Shown one piece after another: positions 38,310 through 46,536 of a stretch of DNA of 46,536 nucleotides. Source of the DNA: Bradymonadales bacterium (GTDB lineage: Bacteria > Myxococcota_A > UBA9042 > PWKZ01); contig PWKZ01000228.1 of the NCBI GenBank assembly GCA_003559575.1, forward strand, positions 1 to 46,536. Direction: 5' to 3'. A program made the translations under genes and the position numbers. The notes under the pieces were generated by a model. That model was not told where the DNA came from. It did no database searches and worked only from the letters and a program-made list of their open reading frames with translations. The first letter of the stretch is position 1. Each line of letters begins with the position of its first letter.

Positions 38310-39706
38310 GCGCCCCCAAAGGGGCCGGCAAAGGGGCCGGCGATATGTCGCTGCGGGCCTGCTTGCCCCGCTCGGCCGGGTTGAGCGTCGCGTTGAACGC
38401 CATCCCCGACGCGTACCTGCTGCTCGATGGCCCGCACTGCGCCTTCAGGCGCCTTGTCTACGTGCAAGGCAACCACGATTGGGGTGCGACGCTCGCGCTG
38501 CATCCGGGTTTGCCGCGCGTCACCAACACCGATCTCGATCCCCTGAAGGGCGTGCGGAACCGTGAGCCTCAACTCGAACGCGAGATTGCCGTTCTGGCGA
38601 GTCGTCCCGAGGTCGGGGGGGTGCTGGTCGACGGCCTCTCGATGGCCGTCGTGACCGCCACCGACTATCAACGTCTCTGCCGGCGGGTGGGCGCGAAGTG
38701 TGCCAAACCGATCCTCTCCTTGCCGCATCGCTCGCTCACGTCCGATTGGCTGGCGGCCTACCAAGAGGTGCAAGAAGCCCTCGCCTCCGCATTGCCGCTC
38801 GCGCCGCGACGACGCGCCGGCAAAAAACCCCGAGTGGCGCTGGTGGGGCACCTGTTTGATCGCAACGAGGGCGATCACCGCGGCAACCTCGAAGAGTTCA
38901 AGCGGATCTTCGAGGCCCTCGGCTTGACGCTGCTGCCGCCGTGGTTGTCCGGCGCCCCGCTGCGGGATCTCGCGCGGGCCGGTGCCGCCGACGCCGTCGT
39001 GTCTCTGCCCTACGGGCGGCGGGCGGCGCGGGTGCTGGCCGAGAGGATCGGGCGGCCCTTGATCGAGTTGGAGCTGCCGCTCGGGCTCCCCGCCACGCTG
39101 CGGTTCATCTACTCCCTGGCGGCGGCCTTTGGTAGCCGGGCGCGGGCCGAGAGCTTCGTCGCCTCCGAGCTTGGCCGCGCGCTGGCCGCGATCGAGTGGC
39201 TCGTGCCGTTTGCGTTCGTCCACCGGCGCATCGGATACATCGGCGATCCGCACATCTATGCCGGCTTGCGTGAGACGGCGGCGTTGGTGGGCCTCCGCAT
39301 GGTCTTTGCCGCCGTCACCAACGAGCGCCTCCACGGGCGCGACACGCTGCCGCGCGAGCCCTCCCGGGTCGAGGCGGCGGTGCCCGAGACCCTGGCCTGT
39401 GGCGCTCCCCCAAGTGAGCCCGATGAGCTGTTGTGGTTTCCCAAGGCGCGCACGCTCAGGGATTGCGTCCGGCGCCTGGTGGCCGAGGAGGGCTTGGATC
39501 TCCTCGTCACCAACAGCTACGGCGCCCTCTTCGAGGGGGTCGGGATAGTTGAGCTGGGCTTCCCGAGCTACTATCGCCACAGGCTGCACTCGCGCCCGTT
39601 TCTGGGGTTCACGGGCGCGCTTTGCTTGTTTGAGGATCTGGCCAACACCATCCGGCGCTTGGAGGTACGGCGCGCCAACCTTTCGCCCAAGCCGGAGGCG
39701 GGATGA
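38306..39706 (+). CDS. Nitrogenase component-1-like oxidoreductase subunit B
   Basis: ATGA-coupled; ALNAIPDAYLLLDGPHC, NTDL, GNLEEFKRIFEALGL, LPLGLPATLRFI, IGDP, GFPSY...PFLGFTGALCLFEDLAN. Confidence 0.82.
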   Translation: MSAPKGAGKGAGDMSLRACLPRSAGLSVALNAIPDAYLLLDGPHCAFRRLVYVQGNHDWGATLALHPGLPRVTNTDLDPLKGVRNREPQLEREIAVLASRPEVGGVLVDGLSMAVVTATDYQRLCRRVGAKCAKPILSLPHRSLTSDWLAAYQEVQEALASALPLAPRRRAGKKPRVALVGHLFDRNEGDHRGNLEEFKRIFEALGLTLLPPWLSGAPLRDLARAGAADAVVSLPYGRRAARVLAERIGRPLIELELPLGLPATLRFIYSLAAAFGSRARAESFVASELGRALAAIEWLVPFAFVHRRIGYIGDPHIYAGLRETAALVGLRMVFAAVTNERLHGRDTLPREPSRVEAAVPETLACGAPPSEPDELLWFPKARTLRDCVRRLVAEEGLDLLVTNSYGALFEGVGIVELGFPSYYRHRLHSRPFLGFTGALCLFEDLANTIRRLEVRRANLSPKPEAG

Positions 39707-40827
39707 GCCGCGATCCGCGCTTTGACCGCTTCTTGTGCCAGGAGAGTGTCTGGACCAGTGTCGAGTTGCTCTCTCGCGGGCGCGCCTTGCCCGCGCCGCT
39801 GACGGTGGAGTGGCACCTCACCTCGGCTTGTAATCAGCGTTGCCCGCGCTGTGTCAGCCGCGATCTGTTGAATGGCCCGTCGTTCAGCCGGGAGCGCGCC
39901 CGCGCTTTGGCCCGGGAGATGTCCGACCTCGGGGTGCGGGCGGTGGTGCTGTCGGGGGGCGGGGAGCCCTTGTGCCACTCCGGGGTGGCGGAGGTCGCCG
40001 CGCACCTGGCGCGCAACGACGTGCTTCTGGGCGTGGTCACCAACGGGCTCCTGCTCGGTCGCCACGAGGCGGTGTTGGCCGAGAGCTGCCGGTTTGTCCG
40101 CCTCTCGATCGACGCCGCCACCGCCGCCACCCATCGCCGGGTGCGCCCCGCCGCCGGTGCCGGCGAGAGGGTTTTTGACGATCTGCTGGGCAACATCGAG
40201 CGCTTGACGGCTCGCGGGGGCTGCGAGTGTGAGTTCTCGTTCGTGGTCTATCACTCGCCGGCGCGGGCTGGACGAGCGGCCTGGAGCAACGTCGGCGAGC
40301 TTGCGGCGGCGGCCAAGCTGGCGCGGGAGCTCGGCTGCGACAGCTTCGAGGTGCAGCTCGCGTTTGACGCGCGGCTCCAATTGGCCGCCACCACCCCCGC
40401 GCTGCGGAGACAGTTGGCGGCTCAGTTGGACGAAGCCCGCGCGCTCGCGCGCGAAGGCTTCCGGGTCACTGAGGGTGCGTTTGTAAGCGCGTTGCTCGAA
40501 GGGGGCGGCCGTCCCTCGCACCACAAGCCTTATGCGCGCTGTCCCGCAGTGCGCTTGAGCACGCTGGTGACCCCCTATGGCGCGTTCCTGTGCCCTTATC
40601 ACAGCGCGCACGCTGTGAGCTACGGCGATCCTCACACGAGCGCGCTCAAGGATCTGTGGCGCTCCGCCGAGCTTGGCCGGGTCCGCGACAAGATTCGGCC
40701 GGTGGACGACTGCAACTTCCATTGTATGTACGATCCGTTGAACCGCGCGGTGCTGGCGGCGCTCCAGGACTTGCGGGCGACGGGCGCGCGCCCGAAGCTG
40801 CGGCCGGATATGGACCTCTTTATCTAG
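39703..40827 (+). CDS. Radical SAM protein with SPASM/Twitch-like C terminus
   Basis: CNQRCPRC, SGGGEP, VTNG, RLSIDA; C-terminal C...G..LC...YGD...LW...CNFHC; ATGA-coupled. Confidence 0.93.
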   Translation: MSRDPRFDRFLCQESVWTSVELLSRGRALPAPLTVEWHLTSACNQRCPRCVSRDLLNGPSFSRERARALAREMSDLGVRAVVLSGGGEPLCHSGVAEVAAHLARNDVLLGVVTNGLLLGRHEAVLAESCRFVRLSIDAATAATHRRVRPAAGAGERVFDDLLGNIERLTARGGCECEFSFVVYHSPARAGRAAWSNVGELAAAAKLARELGCDSFEVQLAFDARLQLAATTPALRRQLAAQLDEARALAREGFRVTEGAFVSALLEGGGRPSHHKPYARCPAVRLSTLVTPYGAFLCPYHSAHAVSYGDPHTSALKDLWRSAELGRVRDKIRPVDDCNFHCMYDPLNRAVLAALQDLRATGARPKLRPDMDLFI

Positions 40828-40908
40828 CGCTCTCCAGAAAACCCGTGGATCCCGCGGGTGGCTATCAGCTTAGTCCCCGTGATGACCGCTGCCCGCCGTC
40901 TCCGGCTG

Positions 40909-43245
40909 CTAGTCGGGAGGGCGCCATTCGTCGGGCGCGGGGCGGCCCCAGAAATCCCGCAAGACCTCCTCCGGCGAGTCTTCCTCCAGCTCGGTGACCC
41001 ATGTCTCGTCGTCGGTGGGGAAGTCCTCCGCCTCGTCGGGCGACGCCCCTTCGATCCGGCGCCGCTCATCCTCTCTGCGGCGTCGCTCACGCTCTTGCCT
41101 GAGCCGCCTGGCGCTCATCCCGCGCGAGAGCGCTTGAACGCGGCTCGACGAGTTGAAGGTCAGCCAGAGCATGAAGTAGAGCGGGTGAAAGTGGTAAAGC
41201 AGCCCGTTCCACTCACCACCGAAGCGCAGCCCGATGTGTTCGGCCACCTCGCTATTCAGCCACACGAACGGCAGAAAACGTCGGATCTCGCGGGTGAACA
41301 CCCCGTCGCGCCGGCGCGCGGTGCGGTCCCGAAAGAGCCTGTCGAACTGCTGGGTCTTCTCGGCCCAGGTCTGGGCGTCGGCCAGGGCCTTCACCCAGTT
41401 GACCTGATCGCTCCACTCGCTCACATGGCGCGTAATGGCTTTGCGCAACCACTCCCGGGCGGTCTCGTTCTCGCCGGGGACGGCGAAAAAGTCCTCGATG
41501 GTCGTCGGCAGCACCTCGCGGTTTTTGCGCTGAAAGAAGCTCCGGCTATGCCGGCGTCGTGAGGTGCCGGTAAAGAGGCCGAGAATGTCGTCGGTCTCGA
41601 TTCTGAGACTCCGGCCCACGTCCTCCTCGATCTCGACCCAGAAGCGCGCGTGAGTGCCCATATCGATGGCTTTTTGCCAGGAGCCGTCGGCGAACACCTC
41701 GACGTGAACCATCGGTTTCATGCCGTCGCCGTCGTCGAACATCCCGAGCTGTCCGATGGTCTCCCCGGCCGGCACCAGGATGCGGCGGTCTTCCGGTTCG
41801 AGATCGAAGAGCGCCACTTGGCCCCGTCTGAGCGCGGCCAGGCGGCGGCCCACCTCGAGATAGGGTTCCGCGGATTGCATTCCGAGGGGATCGTCGTAGT
41901 CCTGCAGGCCGATGTCCGCGAGCGGATCATCCTCCCGCAGCGCGCTGAGGTCGAGCGCTTCTTCACGCTCACGCTCCTCCCCCTCGTGGAGCCGAACGAC
42001 TTTGCGCAGCCACTCGACCGGGGGGGTGTTGTGCTCCGTGTCCAGGTTCTCCAGGTGCATGAAGAGCGAGAAGACTCTCAGCGTCTCGGTGCGGGGCATG
42101 GGGATGTCGTGGCGCAAGAGGACGAAGTTGTTACTGCCGAGCGGGGTGTTGTGCTCGGAGCCGGTGCGGCCCTGCCCGAATCGCGCCGCCACGAGGACGC
42201 CGTCGACCATGGCGTGCACCTCACGGCCTCGCGGTCCGTGCAGGTGAATGCCGCCGTGCCAGTTCTGGTTGATCCCGATGGGGTAGTAGCCGCCGCCGCC
42301 CCTCTCGTTGTTGCGATAAAGCTCGTTGGCCGCCTCGTGCACCAGCTCCGGCGCAAGCAGGTCGGCCACGTTTTGGCCGGCGCGGGTGAGCATCGGGAAG
42401 CTGTTGTGCTCGCCTCGCAGCGCATGGTAGAGGCGCTGCCAATCGAACCCGGGGCCGGGATCCCAGCGGTTGGCCGAGGTGTGCCAGTGGGCGGCGATCC
42501 CTCTGAACCCAAAGGGATCATCGAGCATCGAGGCGATCACCTCACCTCGCTCGTCGACCGGGTGCTCCATTGGGATGTCGAGCACCGAGCAGACCACCTT
42601 GATTAGCTCGATCAGGGTTATGTACTGCGGATCGGTGTAGCCGTAGCTCTGGACCCGAGCGCCGTTGATTCGCATCACCTCGCTCACCGGGCGACGATGA
42701 AGCTTTGGATCGGCCTCCTCAGGGTGGCGGTACGCCTGCCCTTTGTGCCGGCCGTGTAGCTCGGGGAGATCGTTGTTGAGATCGATCCCCACCGAGCGGC
42801 GGTTTTGTTCGGCGGCGTGCAGCGCGACGTAAGTGCCGGGATCGGCGCACTGATAGAGCGTGCCGTCCCAATCGATGATGAAGTGGGTCGACAGCCCCTT
42901 GGCAATCAGCACTTGTTGGGTCAACCGGGCCGTGCGGAGCCCGTCGGTGTGCAGGATCGCCACCTCGGTCGCCTGCCGCGCGTATTCGAGGTTGGTCCCC
43001 ACCGGCACGGTGCCCACCCCCTCGACCCGGGCGCGGCGCGGCAAGAGGTAGCGCTCCCGCTCGACTCCCGGTGGCGCCTGGACATTGCGGTAGTCCCAGT
43101 AGGGATCGTCTCTGAAGGTCACCACGCGGACATTGCCCGCGAGGGGGTGCCACTCGCCGCAGATCCAGATGCCGGCGCGTCGTCGCTGTTGGCCAATCAT
43201 CTCGTCCGTCTCTCCATTTTCAGCGGTCAGCTCATGATTTTCCAA
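40909..43245 (-). CDS. Amidase_2-type N-acetylmuramoyl-L-alanine amidase fused to a split M23-like domain
   Basis: ILHTD, STHFIIDWDG, HA...NRRSVGIDL, AHWH...WDPG; then WHGGIH, FVLLRH, SLFMHL, GETIG, VHVEVF, SEW, YHFHP. Confidence 0.82.
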   Translation of the reverse strand: MENHELTAENGETDEMIGQQRRRAGIWICGEWHPLAGNVRVVTFRDDPYWDYRNVQAPPGVERERYLLPRRARVEGVGTVPVGTNLEYARQATEVAILHTDGLRTARLTQQVLIAKGLSTHFIIDWDGTLYQCADPGTYVALHAAEQNRRSVGIDLNNDLPELHGRHKGQAYRHPEEADPKLHRRPVSEVMRINGARVQSYGYTDPQYITLIELIKVVCSVLDIPMEHPVDERGEVIASMLDDPFGFRGIAAHWHTSANRWDPGPGFDWQRLYHALRGEHNSFPMLTRAGQNVADLLAPELVHEAANELYRNNERGGGGYYPIGINQNWHGGIHLHGPRGREVHAMVDGVLVAARFGQGRTGSEHNTPLGSNNFVLLRHDIPMPRTETLRVFSLFMHLENLDTEHNTPPVEWLRKVVRLHEGEEREREEALDLSALREDDPLADIGLQDYDDPLGMQSAEPYLEVGRRLAALRRGQVALFDLEPEDRRILVPAGETIGQLGMFDDGDGMKPMVHVEVFADGSWQKAIDMGTHARFWVEIEEDVGRSLRIETDDILGLFTGTSRRRHSRSFFQRKNREVLPTTIEDFFAVPGENETAREWLRKAITRHVSEWSDQVNWVKALADAQTWAEKTQQFDRLFRDRTARRRDGVFTREIRRFLPFVWLNSEVAEHIGLRFGGEWNGLLYHFHPLYFMLWLTFNSSSRVQALSRGMSARRLRQERERRRREDERRRIEGASPDEAEDFPTDDETWVTELEEDSPEEVLRDFWGRPAPDEWRPPD

Positions 43246-44866
43246 ACAGTTTTTTCAACAGGCCGGTGAGGAGCTTTAGAAACGAATAGACGATCAACAA
43301 CGCGATGAGGCCCGCGATCATCACCGCCACGATGTGCCATGGGGCGCCCACCTTGGCCTCGAGCCGGCGGAGTTGGTGTTTGGCGAGGCGCACCGCGCCG
43401 TCGCGCATGTCCGGCACCAACACCGTGTAGGGCGCGGTGGCGACTGTCCCGTGACCGGCGATCCGTAGTCGGACCGAGAAGCTGCGCTCCTCATTCGGCT
43501 CGAGGTCGGCGTCAAACTCGATCAGATACTGGCCGGCCAACTCATCGAGCAGATCGCCCACCAAGATCGGGAGCGCGCCGGGGTCCTCGACCTCTCGGTA
43601 GGTGCCGCCGCTGCGCAGCGCCAGCACCTCGAGGCGCTGCCGCTCGTGGGGCATGGCGTCGGGGTAGCCGATGGCGTAGATCTTGATGTTGGCGGCCCGT
43701 GCCAGCGCCAACCACTGCCCGAGCCGTTGGTCGCGAAAGCGCTGCTGATCGGCGGTCAAGCGATCCTGAAGTTTTTTCTCCATCTCGCTGCGCATCTTGG
43801 TGCCGCGCTCGGAGATGCGGGCTTGACGGCGGCACTCCCGGACCGCGCGCCCACCGTGAAGCTCGTCGCACGACTCGAGCAGCCGGTTGACGTTCTCGGT
43901 GACCTCATGGGCATAGCGCAGCCGGCAGTCCTCTTGGGCCTCCAGGTAACCGTCGCGCCCGTCAGAGAGGATCACGAGCCGTTTTGGGCGCCTCGGCGCG
44001 CCGCGGGTGACGAGCATGCGCAGCGCTTCGTCGATGGCGCCGCCGTACTCCTCGCGTGGCCCGGTGTCGCCCAGCGGGCCGCTGCGATCCATCCGAGGGT
44101 GCGCCGGCGGGATGCACGGGTCGAGGGAGTCGAACCCCAACAGCCGGGGATAAAAGCCGCGGTATGGGACCGCGCGCAAAACGCGTTGTAGCCGACCGTG
44201 GTCGCTTAGCAGGCCGCAGGGTGGCGCGGTCGCCATCGCCGGCTCGTCCGTTGGCGGCGCCGGCCGGCCCCAACTCTCATAGGCTTTGAGAGTCTCCTCG
44301 CGACAAAACGAGAGCGAGTGGGCCAGATCGCTCAGCTCGTTGGTCCGACCGGTGAGGTTCACATAGGTGAGGAGCCGATCATAGTACCAGATGACGTTCA
44401 ATCGGTCGGTCGGCTGGAGCTTGTTGAAGAACAGATCGACGCCGGCGCGTTGGTTGCGCCCAAGCTCGCCGCTCAGCAGCGAGTGACCCTGGTGTCCTGG
44501 GAGGACCAAGAGGGTGTCGCGAGGTTCCTCGGCGCGCGAAAAGACAAGCAGCTCGGCGTCGCCATACCCCTCCGGGATGGCGTCGTTGAACGCCTGGACC
44601 AGCTCTCCGCGGCCTCGCCCGCCTTCATGCTCCAACACCTCGATCCGATCAATCAAATTGAGCGGCACCGGTCGCAGGCGGGTGTCGAGGAAGCTCACAT
44701 AGAGCCGGATGCGAGGGGCTTCGGAGGTGTCGATCCAGTCGATCTTGGCCTGAGGGTGCGAGAAACGATAGGCGCTCGTGGGCAGCGAGAGGCCGACTAC
44801 GCTCACGACGACGGCGAGCGTCAACCAACGGAGCGGACGGCCAAGGGAGGATCGTGGCATCCTCAC
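43232..44866 (-). CDS. Exported, C-terminally anchored VWA-like protein
   Basis: Signal peptide; VILSDG, ARAANIKIYAIG, LALRSGGTY, QYLIEF; C-terminal TM. Confidence 0.75.
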   Translation of the reverse strand: MRMPRSSLGRPLRWLTLAVVVSVVGLSLPTSAYRFSHPQAKIDWIDTSEAPRIRLYVSFLDTRLRPVPLNLIDRIEVLEHEGGRGRGELVQAFNDAIPEGYGDAELLVFSRAEEPRDTLLVLPGHQGHSLLSGELGRNQRAGVDLFFNKLQPTDRLNVIWYYDRLLTYVNLTGRTNELSDLAHSLSFCREETLKAYESWGRPAPPTDEPAMATAPPCGLLSDHGRLQRVLRAVPYRGFYPRLLGFDSLDPCIPPAHPRMDRSGPLGDTGPREEYGGAIDEALRMLVTRGAPRRPKRLVILSDGRDGYLEAQEDCRLRYAHEVTENVNRLLESCDELHGGRAVRECRRQARISERGTKMRSEMEKKLQDRLTADQQRFRDQRLGQWLALARAANIKIYAIGYPDAMPHERQRLEVLALRSGGTYREVEDPGALPILVGDLLDELAGQYLIEFDADLEPNEERSFSVRLRIAGHGTVATAPYTVLVPDMRDGAVRLAKHQLRRLEAKVGAPWHIVAVMIAGLIALLIVYSFLKLLTGLLKKLFGKS

Positions 44867-44868
44867 GA

Positions 44869-45285
44869 CTAACTCCCAAACCGATAGCGAAACACCTGGA
44901 CCAAGAGTGGGGCTGAGATCACCTCTGCGCCCCCGCGGGGGCGCAGCGACAGCGTGTAGCGGAGTTCGATATCGCGCAGCTCGTCATAGGGATACTCGAG
45001 CTCAAACGGTAGCGCGAGGCGCGGTTCATCCAGGCGGATTGTTTGTGAGGCGATAAGCTCGGTGCGCCGACTGTCGTCGCGATACACCGCGAGGATCCCC
45101 TGGGTGGCCTCGGGGAGCGATCCGCGAAAAACGCGCGCCCAGACACGGTCCCAGGGAGAAGCCGCCGGGCGCGACCACTCCACCCGGGGGTGGGCCGACG
45201 AAGGCCCGCTCAACACCGCCGAACCGGCCCCCGCGGCGACGGCGGCGCCGGCTTGCAAAAAGCGCCTGCGTTGCCGATCCATCAC
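44869..45285 (-). CDS. Small Tat-exported hypothetical protein
   Basis: QRRRFLQAGAAVAAG twin-arginine signal; 2-bp gap to the next gene. Confidence 0.75.
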   Translation of the reverse strand: MMDRQRRRFLQAGAAVAAGAGSAVLSGPSSAHPRVEWSRPAASPWDRVWARVFRGSLPEATQGILAVYRDDSRRTELIASQTIRLDEPRLALPFELEYPYDELRDIELRYTLSLRPRGGAEVISAPLLVQVFRYRFGS

Positions 45286-45375
45286 TCTCGCTCCGCTTGG
45301 TCCAAGCCCACCGCGAGCAGACGAAGTGTGATCTTACGCGATCGGGTTCTTGTGGGCAACGTCACCCCGGGACGA

Positions 45376-45555
45376 CCATAATCGTCGGTTCGTTCTGAGG
45401 AGCCCCGCTAAGTGGAGTCGCGTGCATGTGCAAGGAAACAAGCCGAATTAGGCGGAGGCGTAGCAGCGCTTAAGTCGAGCACTAATTCGGTGCAGGTGAC
45501 GCCGCAGATGTGCGCGGATCCGCGCGCGAATCCCAGGATGGGCCGACGATTATGG
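45376..45555 (-). mobile_element. Full 180-bp MITE/REP-like element between divergent genes
   Basis: Perfect 13-bp TIR CCATAATCGTCGG/CCGACGATTATGG. Confidence 0.75.
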
Positions 45556-45573
45556 ACCTTGAGGAGGGAGTGA

Positions 45574-46302
45574 ATGGGACAACTGATTTGGATCTCCGGC
45601 GCGTCGAGTGGCATCGGGCGCGCGCTCGTCGACACCATCCCATGGCCGGAGGCGCGAATCATCAACATCAGCCGCCGGCCGGTCGCGGGGATCGAGAACC
45701 TCGAGCTTGATCTCGTGAATCCGACGAGCTGGGAAGTTGTGGCGCGCTCCTTCGAGCGCGAGGTCGCCTCGTTCGACGGGGAATTGGCGGTGTTCGTCCA
45801 CTCGGCGGGGACGCTCTCTCCCATCGGTTTCGCCGGCGAGGTCCCGGCCGACAGCTACACGCGCGCCGTCCTGCTGGGGTCGGCGGCGCCACAGGTCCTG
45901 GGCAGCGCGTTCTTGGCGGCTCTGCGCAAGGTCCGCGGGCGCGGCGTGCGCGGTCTAATCGTGATGCTCACTTCCGGCGCGGCGACCAACCCGTATGAAG
46001 GGTGGACCGCATACGGCGCCGGCAAAGCGGCCATCGACCAGTGGGTGCGGACGGCCGGTCGCGAGCAGAAGAGCCGCGGCGACCACTGCCGGGTGCTGGC
46101 GGTGGCGCCCGGGTTGGTCGAGACCGCCATGCAGGAGGAGATTCGCGCCACCGCCACCACTGACTTTCCGGATGTGGACGACTTTCGGGAGTACCACCGC
46201 TCAGGGATCATAAGGTCGCCGGAGGTGGCCGCGCGCGAGATTTGGCGGCTTGTGCGTGATCGAGACTTGGAGAATGGCGCGGTGGAAGACCTGCGCCGCT
46301 AA
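45574..46302 (+). CDS. SDR oxidoreductase (sepiapterin/benzil-reductase-like)
   Basis: GAGGAGG RBS; SGASSGIG, TSGAA, W-x-x-YGAGK, APGLVETAMQ. Confidence 0.92.
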   Translation: MGQLIWISGASSGIGRALVDTIPWPEARIINISRRPVAGIENLELDLVNPTSWEVVARSFEREVASFDGELAVFVHSAGTLSPIGFAGEVPADSYTRAVLLGSAAPQVLGSAFLAALRKVRGRGVRGLIVMLTSGAATNPYEGWTAYGAGKAAIDQWVRTAGREQKSRGDHCRVLAVAPGLVETAMQEEIRATATTDFPDVDDFREYHRSGIIRSPEVAAREIWRLVRDRDLENGAVEDLRR

Positions 46303-46364
46303 GCCGTCAGCCATTAGCTGCCAACAATCAGCCAAGCTACTGGATTCACGGATCCTGAGCTGTT

Positions 46365-46536
46365 GCACTAATTGGGTGCAGGTGACGTCACAGATGTGTG
46401 TAAATCCGTCCGCGAACCTCAATCCTCCACCGCGTCCGTGGACCGAGGGGAGTGAGGCGGGTGCAAGTGCAAGGAAACAAGCCAAATCGAGCGGAGGCAA
46501 ACGCAGCGCCTACGTCGAGCATCGATTTGGTGAAGG
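46365..46536 (-). repeat. Partial core (46365-46416) abutting a hybrid copy that begins with the hairpin module (46417 to window end)
   Basis: 46417-46536 is nearly the reverse complement of ~35309-35427. Confidence 0.88.

Noticed and set aside
38317-38340. 12-bp tandem duplication (KGAG KGAG)
   Set aside because: In-frame, two copies only, in an unstructured N terminus; no sign of phase variation
36342-39706. True nitrogenase (nifDK/nifEN) or DPOR (bchNB)
   Set aside because: Very divergent, no recognisable FeMo-co ligand motifs, and no nifH/nifB or photosynthesis genes nearby

Overview
GC-rich bacterial chromosomal window. The gene content (Stp1-type PP2C phosphatase, secreted TldD, DUF4175/peptidase-MA pair, exported HEAT-repeat and VWA proteins) suggests Myxococcota or a related deltaproteobacterial lineage (inference). 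From left to right it contains: (1) a probable replication origin at ~3060-3285 upstream of dnaN-recF, with no dnaA before and no gyrB after; (2) housekeeping and envelope genes including lon and priA; (3) a ~17-kb divergent ArsA/hglE-KS-like type I PKS/FAS cluster with glycosyltransferase, membrane-anchored HHxxxDG acyltransferase, two hydrolases and a hexapeptide-repeat protein, probably making a glycolipid; (4) a PIN-toxin remnant; (5) a translationally coupled operon of two divergent nitrogenase-component-1-like subunits plus a radical SAM/SPASM enzyme with no NifH-like partner, which is the best candidate for an uncharacterised system; (6) a Tat protein-VWA-amidase/M23-like operon; (7) an SDR. 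Many intergenic regions carry a modular repeat family made of a ~180-bp element with CCATAATCGTCGG terminal inverted repeats and a ~41-bp hairpin module. No rRNA, tRNA, CRISPR array or transposase was seen. All assignments come from motif recognition by eye, without database searches.
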